The position numbers were made by a program, and so were the translations under genes. A stretch of 30,249 nt of DNA from a virus (taxonomy: Duplodnaviria; Caudoviricetes): positions 1-30,249 of the IMG/VR virus record IMGVR_UViG_3300016476_000331, one strand, 5' to 3'. This document shows, one piece after another, positions 25,264-30,249 of this stretch. The notes under the pieces are model-generated. The model was not told where the DNA came from. It worked only from the letters and a program-made list of their open reading frames with translations, and ran no database searches. The number at the start of each line of letters is the position of its first letter. Within the stretch, counting starts at the first letter, position 1.

Positions 25264-25845
25264 TCACGACGGTTTGATCCACAGCACGGGGGAGGCCCAC
25301 GCGATCTGCACGTCGGTAATTGTTTCGTGACTGGGCCACAGGATCAGGTTCTGGCTTTCGCGCCTGTAGCCTTTCCTGATCAAGCCCATCAAATGCTTCC
25401 CGTCTTTGGTGGCGCAGACACACATGTTGTCAATATGATTGCCTGGGTCGCCTTGAGCAGGACTCACAAATAGCAGCCATCCATCCTTAATGCTGGCGTG
25501 CGTTCTTACCTGGACTGCATAGGCTCCAACAGGGCAGTCACCAGGCCCAATGACAATGTCGTGCGTGCCGTTGGGCATCGCAATGATGTTGCCATATGAG
25601 TCCATGTGCGCCGCAATTGGCACTTTGCGTACGTCCTCGGTAATATCTATTCCGGCTGCGCGCATGACCTCAAGGATCGGTACGCCAAGAATCATCGAAA
25701 TTTGATGAGCTTCGTGTGGCGTCATCTTGCGTTTTCCTCGCAACATAAGCGACACGGCTGCCGCATCAAGTTCCAGCAACTTCGCCAGCCCTCGTTGCGA
25801 AATATTTTTGTCAGCCAATCTGTCTTTGAACCACAAAGTATCCAT
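25264..25845 (-). CDS. cI: CI-like repressor (XRE HTH plus degenerate S24-like C-terminal domain)
   Basis: ISQRGLAKLLELDAAAVSLMLRGKR HTH. Divergent from the cro-like gene; AT-rich. Confidence 0.8.
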   Translation of the reverse strand: MDTLWFKDRLADKNISQRGLAKLLELDAAAVSLMLRGKRKMTPHEAHQISMILGVPILEVMRAAGIDITEDVRKVPIAAHMDSYGNIIAMPNGTHDIVIGPGDCPVGAYAVQVRTHASIKDGWLLFVSPAQGDPGNHIDNMCVCATKDGKHLMGLIRKGYRRESQNLILWPSHETITDVQIAWASPVLWIKPS

Positions 25846-25877
25846 GTGTGCCTCTTAATATTTGAGGAAGGGCAATC

Positions 25878-25983
25878 ATGGTGTCATATTCTCCCTGTTG
25901 AGTCAATCTCAATATGTTGATCGTACAGGATCTTGTAATGTTTTGTGCGCTAACGCACTTGCGTTAAGATGATAAAACCGCAT
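25878..25983. promoter_or_regulatory. Divergent promoter/operator region (genetic switch)
   Basis: Leftward TTGACT-17-CACCAT (25906-25878) and rightward TTGTGC-16-TAAGAT (25943-25970). Palindromes TTGAG-N5-CTCAA (25898-25912) and ATGAT-N5-CGCAT (25969-25983). Confidence 0.6.
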
Positions 25984-26002
25984 CACATTACGAGGATCGA
26001 AA

Positions 26003-26245
26003 GTGACCATTGAAACCATCCATACCCACAACCCCGCGTACACCGTAATCGAAAAGCTGGGTGGCAAAAGCTATGTGGCCGAGCAACTTTCTCTTGACAA
26101 ATCAACGCTCTCCAGGTGGTGTCAACCCAAGCCGATGGGTACCGGTGGCACGATCCCGCAAAAGCATTGGGCACGTCTGCTGGAGATGGCTGCTGCGCAG
26201 CGCGTGCGCATCACGCTCAAGGAGCTGGCCGCGATCGAGGCTTGA
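26003..26245 (+). CDS. cro: Cro-like HTH protein
   Basis: VIEKLGGKSYVAEQLSLDKSTLSRW...GGTIPQKHW. Divergent from cI. Confidence 0.8.
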   Translation: MTIETIHTHNPAYTVIEKLGGKSYVAEQLSLDKSTLSRWCQPKPMGTGGTIPQKHWARLLEMAAAQRVRITLKELAAIEA

Positions 26246-26247
26246 TC

Positions 26248-28404
26248 ATGGTCTACGAAGTGCAGCAGACCATGACCAACAGCGACTTCCTGGCCGAGGT
26301 GTACGGACACCTGGGCGACAACGAGTTCGGCTGGATCACCAACTTCCGAGCTGACCCAAGCAATGCGCCGCCGCTCGTCTGGGGCGGCCGCTTCTACAAG
26401 GGCACACCCAACCAGGCCGCCCTGATCGACAACGCGGGCGAGGACAACACCTACTTCTGCACCGCCGTGCTCAAGCCCACTGAGGACGGCGAGTTCTTCC
26501 GGCGCAAGGACTGCTTCGTGCGCCTGGCCGTGCTCACCCTGGACGACGTGCCGCTCGAGGACATCACCAGTTGCTCGTACGCCATTCAGACCAGCCCAGG
26601 CAAGCACCAGGTCGGCATCTTCCTGGACTGTGACGACCCCGACACCTACAACCGACAGCTGGTCGATCGCGTCATGCAGGCGTTCGCGGCCCGCGGTCGA
26701 TCGAACGATGCGTCGGGCAACGCGTGCGTGCGCTTCGTGCGTTGCATCGTGGGCACTAACACCAAGCCGCGGGCGGCCGGGCCCTGGAAGGTGCAGCTGG
26801 TCACCTGGGCCCCGAACATTCGCTGGACCTTGGCTGACGCGTGCGCCGCGTTCGGTGTCGATCTGGACAACCTGCGCATGGCAGCCGCGATCGAGCGCAC
26901 TGGCTCGAGCACCAAGGGCGCGGGAACGGGTACGCACGCAGGCGAGATGATCGCCAGCCTCACTGACCCACAACCTGAGCAGCGTGCGTATCACGACAAC
27001 ATCACCCGCTTGGCAGCGTCGTTGATTTCGGGCGGCATGTTCCCTGGGGCCGCGGTGGAGTTTCTGTACAGCCTGATGGACCAGGCTAAGCCATCGACGC
27101 GAGAGGAAGAGGAGCTGCGTCGGTGGGAAACGCGAAGGGCTGAGATTCCGCGGGCCGTAAAAAGTGCCGAGAAATTTGCACCCGAGGAACGTAAGGCGCC
27201 GGAGATTACGGTAAACCTCCAACTTGCGCAAGATGATCAACGAGTTACAGACGAGGGCCAGCAACACAGCAGCGGTGATCTGGCGCCTCTTGACTGGCAC
27301 AAGTTGTCCGAAACAGAGCCCGAGCCAACCAACTGGCGCGTCGATGGCTGGCTGCCCGAGCGCACAGTCACCCTGCTGGCCGCCAACGGGGGCGTGGGCA
27401 AGTCCAACCTGAGCCTGCAGATGGGTGTCGCAATGGCCACAGGCAGCGAGTTCATCGGCGTGGCCACCAAGCCCAGCCGCGTGCTGGTGATCTCAGGCGA
27501 AGACGAGGGCCGCACCGTCCATTTCCGCGTGGCCAACATCTGCCAAGACCTGGCCATCCCGATGTCGAGCCTGGCCGGCAGGATGATGGTCTACGACATG
27601 ACCCAGACCGACTGCGTGCTCTGGCGTGATGGCAACCCGACCGAGCGCATGCAGTGGCTGGCCGACGCCGTGGTGCGCCACAAGGCCGAGGTCGTGATCA
27701 TCGACAACGCCTCCGACGTGTTCGCCGACAACGAGAACGACAGGACGGCAGTCCGGGGCTTCATGCGGTGCCTGAACACCATCGCCCACGGCACGGGCGC
27801 GGCCATGCTGCTGCTGGCCCACGTTGACAAGGCCAGCGTGCGCGCCGGCGCAGGCCTGGACAGCAACAGCACGTTCTCGGGATCGACCGCCTGGAACAAC
27901 AGCGCACGCTCGCGCTGGGCGATGGTCCGCGAGGACTCGGGCGCGATCGTCGTGCGCCATGAGAAGTGCAACCTCGGGCCGCTGCAGGAAGAGATTCGCT
28001 TGGAGTTCGACATCGAGGCCAAGGTGTTCAAGCGCTTTGGCACCAGCCCAGGCAACCAGCTCGCGCAGACAGTGATGCGAAATGCCCACCGCGCTGCGAT
28101 TCTTCGATTGCTCAGCCAGGCAGACGGCGCGGGCCAGCGCTTGTCCATGAAGCTGCGGTCCAACAACAACGCCTACGTCATCCTGCGCAAGTCCCAGGAC
28201 TTCCCGCGCATCGCCCGCGATGACTTCTTTTCGATCCTCTACGACATGCAGCGCGAGGGCCTGATCACCGAGGTCGAGTACACGCACGACCGCAAGAAGC
28301 ACCTGCGCATCGCCCTCACGCCGGCGGGCGAGGCTCGCGTGGCCGTGGGTTCAGGAGCTGCGCCGATGTGGGTGCAGAGACAGCAACAAGGAGCACAGGA
28401 ATGA
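26248..28404 (+). CDS. Primase-helicase fusion (RepB'-type primase plus AAA_25/RepA-like helicase)
   Basis: N-terminal LTLDD, QTSPGKHQ and VGTNTK primase motifs. AANGGVGKS Walker A, VVIIDN Walker B, LLAH, SGSTAW motifs. ATG 26248 follows the cro stop. Confidence 0.85.
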   Translation: MVYEVQQTMTNSDFLAEVYGHLGDNEFGWITNFRADPSNAPPLVWGGRFYKGTPNQAALIDNAGEDNTYFCTAVLKPTEDGEFFRRKDCFVRLAVLTLDDVPLEDITSCSYAIQTSPGKHQVGIFLDCDDPDTYNRQLVDRVMQAFAARGRSNDASGNACVRFVRCIVGTNTKPRAAGPWKVQLVTWAPNIRWTLADACAAFGVDLDNLRMAAAIERTGSSTKGAGTGTHAGEMIASLTDPQPEQRAYHDNITRLAASLISGGMFPGAAVEFLYSLMDQAKPSTREEEELRRWETRRAEIPRAVKSAEKFAPEERKAPEITVNLQLAQDDQRVTDEGQQHSSGDLAPLDWHKLSETEPEPTNWRVDGWLPERTVTLLAANGGVGKSNLSLQMGVAMATGSEFIGVATKPSRVLVISGEDEGRTVHFRVANICQDLAIPMSSLAGRMMVYDMTQTDCVLWRDGNPTERMQWLADAVVRHKAEVVIIDNASDVFADNENDRTAVRGFMRCLNTIAHGTGAAMLLLAHVDKASVRAGAGLDSNSTFSGSTAWNNSARSRWAMVREDSGAIVVRHEKCNLGPLQEEIRLEFDIEAKVFKRFGTSPGNQLAQTVMRNAHRAAILRLLSQADGAGQRLSMKLRSNNNAYVILRKSQDFPRIARDDFFSILYDMQREGLITEVEYTHDRKKHLRIALTPAGEARVAVGSGAAPMWVQRQQQGAQE

Positions 28405-28874
28405 CACCGAAACAAGAGGCCGCGCTGCGGCTGGCGTTGGAGGCGTTGAAAAAGTGCGACTCCGCACTGGCCGAAGAACTTGCGGCTTGGGACATAGACC
28501 CGCCGCTGCATCATGTGCTGGAGGCTTCAAACGCTTGCGGCCCTGCCATCGCCGCCATCGACGAGGTGCTGGCCGAGCAGCCAGCACAGCAGCGGGAGCC
28601 GGTGGCTTGGAAGTTCACCGACAAAGAAGGCACTGAGTTCTTTGAGCAACGCGAGGAATGGGAAGGTAAATGGACACCCCTTTACACATCCCCACCAGCA
28701 AGCAAGCCGCACGGCTTTGCTGGGGTGACTGCTTGGATTGGTGATGCAACAGTCACTCGGATCGTGACGCGAGTGCAAATTCAGCATGAGCGCGTAGCCG
28801 GTCAATCCATGACGCAAGCGGCCCGAGTGTGCCTTGACATGCTTGCCGCCCACGGCATCAAGGGGGACGCATGA
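28401..28874 (+). CDS. Phage hypothetical protein (EPVAW...PLYTSPP mosaic family)
   Basis: ATGA overlap at 28401. LRLALEAL, QREPVAW and PLYTSPP motifs. Confidence 0.75.
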   Translation: MTPKQEAALRLALEALKKCDSALAEELAAWDIDPPLHHVLEASNACGPAIAAIDEVLAEQPAQQREPVAWKFTDKEGTEFFEQREEWEGKWTPLYTSPPASKPHGFAGVTAWIGDATVTRIVTRVQIQHERVAGQSMTQAARVCLDMLAAHGIKGDA

Positions 28875-29011
28875 ACTGGCTAAAAAGATTTGCGTTGGCA
28901 ATTGCCGACTGGGCCATGCGTGAAGCCCGTAAATGCCCTGACATTTCTGCCCATGAATTTGAACAATGGAAGCGCGAGTACAAGAAAGATTTTGGAAAGG
29001 ACTTCAAATGA
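28871..29011 (+). CDS. 46-aa hypothetical protein (not in ORF track)
   Basis: MNWLKRFALAIADWAMREARKC...DFK*. ATGA overlaps at both ends. Confidence 0.6.
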   Translation: MNWLKRFALAIADWAMREARKCPDISAHEFEQWKREYKKDFGKDFK

Positions 29012-29244
29012 ACATCACCATCTACACCAAGAGCAACTGCCCAAACTGCATGACAGCCAAGCAACTGCTCAAGAGCAAGGGCCGCGACTTCACCGAGATC
29101 AGTTTGGACGAGGAGGGCAGACGCGCCAACTTCATGGCCGCGTACCCAGAGGCCAAGCAGATGCCGCAGATCCTGATCAACGGCCAGCGCGTGGGCGGGT
29201 TGGCTGGGCTGCGCGTGGCGCTTAATCAGATGGAGCTGCTATGA
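29008..29244 (+). CDS. Glutaredoxin
   Basis: IYTKSNCPNC active site and MPQILINGQRVGG motif; 78 aa. Confidence 0.9.
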   Translation: MNITIYTKSNCPNCMTAKQLLKSKGRDFTEISLDEEGRRANFMAAYPEAKQMPQILINGQRVGGLAGLRVALNQMELL

Positions 29245-29369
29245 GCACGCACGGTGACGGCGGCAAAGGCTCGCAGCGGCGGCCAGGCGAGGGATATCAG
29301 GAGGCTTGGGAAAGGATCTTCGGGAAGAAGCCTCAGCAGCCTGTGCCCGCTCCTAAGGAGCCCAAATAA
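29241..29369 (+). CDS. 42-aa hypothetical protein (not in ORF track)
   Basis: MSTHGDGGKGSQRRPGEGYQEAWERIFGKK...; ATGA overlap. The GKGS..RP...W..IF pattern occurs in small phage proteins. Confidence 0.65.
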   Translation: MSTHGDGGKGSQRRPGEGYQEAWERIFGKKPQQPVPAPKEPK

Positions 29370-29373
29370 TGGG

Positions 29374-29427
29374 TGCGCTCGCATCGTGCCTGCTATGCGA
29401 TCGCATTGCGGGCGCACTGCAGGCGCA
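29374..29427. repeat. Five 10-mer quasi-palindromes at 11-bp period (iteron-like)
   Basis: TGCGCTCGCA 29374, CGTGCCTGCT 29385 (degenerate), TGCGATCGCA 29396, TGCGGGCGCA 29407, TGCAGGCGCA 29418. Confidence 0.7.
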
Positions 29428-29431
29428 GCAT

Positions 29432-29462
29432 GGGGGAAGCCCCCCTCCAAGGGGGCTCCCCC
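29432..29462. other. GC-rich hairpin
   Basis: GGGGGAAGCCCCC-CTCCAA-GGGGGCTCCCCC (one bulged A). Confidence 0.65.
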
Positions 29463-29492
29463 TGCGCTTTTGCATACTTTTGACGGACGGAG

Positions 29493-29547
29493 AAAGTGCG
29501 CCTGCACCTGCTCTGTATAGGGTGTGGGATGCAGGCGCACTTTTTTT
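29493..29547 (+). terminator. 14-bp perfect inverted repeat with T tract (terminator-like or origin hairpin)
   Basis: AAAGTGCGCCTGCA (29493-29506) pairs with TGCAGGCGCACTTT (29530-29543); T run to 29547. Confidence 0.55.
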
Positions 29548-29565
29548 GGCTGGATGGAGGTGGTG

Positions 29566-29679
29566 ATGGTGATTGATCTGTTTTTTGTGGCCGGGGTGGT
29601 GTTGATGCTGCTCGGGCTGTGGTGGGAGGGCCTGGTGTGTATTGGCCTGGCCTGGCTGGTCTGGCGTGCGTGCCGGTGA
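29566..29679 (+). CDS. 37-aa hydrophobic peptide (not in ORF track)
   Basis: SD GGAGGT. MVIDLFFVAGVVLMLLGLWWEGLVCIGLAWLVWRACR*. Confidence 0.55.
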   Translation: MVIDLFFVAGVVLMLLGLWWEGLVCIGLAWLVWRACR

Positions 29680-29691
29680 GAGAATCGAAGC

Positions 29692-30249
29692 ATGGAAGTG
29701 AAACAGCAACTCGATGAGGTCGGGCAGCAGCTCCAGCAGGCCGTGCTGCAGGCTGCCATGCCCGCGGACGACGAGCCTTTCAACGTGGACGAGTGGCGCA
29801 AGGAGGCCCTGGCGCGCAAGAACGGCGCGTCTGGACAGGCAGACAGTGGCGACGCAAAAAATGCGGCCGAAATGCGGGAACAGCCGCCGAGCCCGATCAA
29901 CGGGGCGCGGCTGCCGGCGGGGCGGCCGAAGGGCGTGCAGAACAAGGTCACGCGCACGATCCGCGAGGCCGTCGAGAAGGCGGCCCGCGACTGCCACCCT
30001 GACGGCCTGGCCGGCTGGCTGGTGGAGCGCGCCCAGGGCAGCCTGGGGGACCGGCAGATCTTCGCGCAGATGGTCAACAAGGCCATGCCGCTGCAGGTGC
30101 AGGCGCAGGTCGGCGGTGGCGTTCAGATCCAGCTGAGCTGGCTTGGCCAGCGCCAGATTGGCACAACCGTGGCACAACAGCCTGAGCAGCGCACGCAAGT
30201 CCTTGATCTGCAAGCAGAAAGCGACGGCACCTATCGGATTATTGATCCG
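29692..30249 (+). CDS. terS: Terminase small subunit, truncated by the window end (not in ORF track)
   Basis: Open from ATG 29692 to the end. GRPKGVQNKVTRTIREAVEKA motif is typical of TerS-like proteins; position at the start of the late genes. Confidence 0.75.
   Translation, partial: MEVKQQLDEVGQQLQQAVLQAAMPADDEPFNVDEWRKEALARKNGASGQADSGDAKNAAEMREQPPSPINGARLPAGRPKGVQNKVTRTIREAVEKAARDCHPDGLAGWLVERAQGSLGDRQIFAQMVNKAMPLQVQAQVGGGVQIQLSWLGQRQIGTTVAQQPEQRTQVLDLQAESDGTYRIIDP

Noticed and set aside
29374-29427. Mini CRISPR array associated with the Cas4-like gene
   Set aside because: Units are 10 bp with 1-bp gaps, so there are no spacers. No 25-40 bp repeats were seen anywhere in the window.
1-30249. 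Stop-codon reassignment (genes end almost only in TGA/TAA)
   Set aside because: All recognisable genes are full length under the standard code. Low TAG use is normal and no suppressor tRNA is present.

Overview
The whole window is a gene-dense, GC-rich temperate bacteriophage segment with podovirus-like organisation. The host is probably a proteobacterium, an inference from the tRNA-His sequence and gene families. Left to right it holds: an HNH endonuclease, the major capsid protein, tail adaptor and nozzle genes, a GNAT gene and ejection (internal virion) proteins, a tail fibre, a second homing endonuclease, a YTG-repeat virion protein and a lysis cassette. Next come an attP region with a complete tRNA-His and a tyrosine integrase, then a leftward early operon (RuvC-like, Cas4-like nuclease, DUF669 SSB, Sak4-like ATPase, NrdR-like Zn ribbon). 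The right end has a cI/cro switch, a RepB-type primase-helicase, a glutaredoxin, a repeat/hairpin element and the start of the small terminase. Phage genes flank the att region on both sides, so this is the excised or virion configuration. The most unusual signals are non-coding. (1) The attP core appears to be an isolated 12-nt copy of the tRNA-His anticodon loop, centred between paired arm-type repeats, with a separate full-length tRNA-His about 100 bp downstream. (2) The 10-mer AACCCACGAC recurs at three translation-start regions, including the integrase, and is the exact complement of that tRNA's variable-loop/T-arm. (3) Mutually exclusive antiterminator and terminator hairpins follow the capsid gene. 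(4) An orphan structured RNA sits in the early operon. (5) An 11-bp-period repeat plus hairpin element is a candidate origin. All calls come from reading the sequence by eye; no searches were run.
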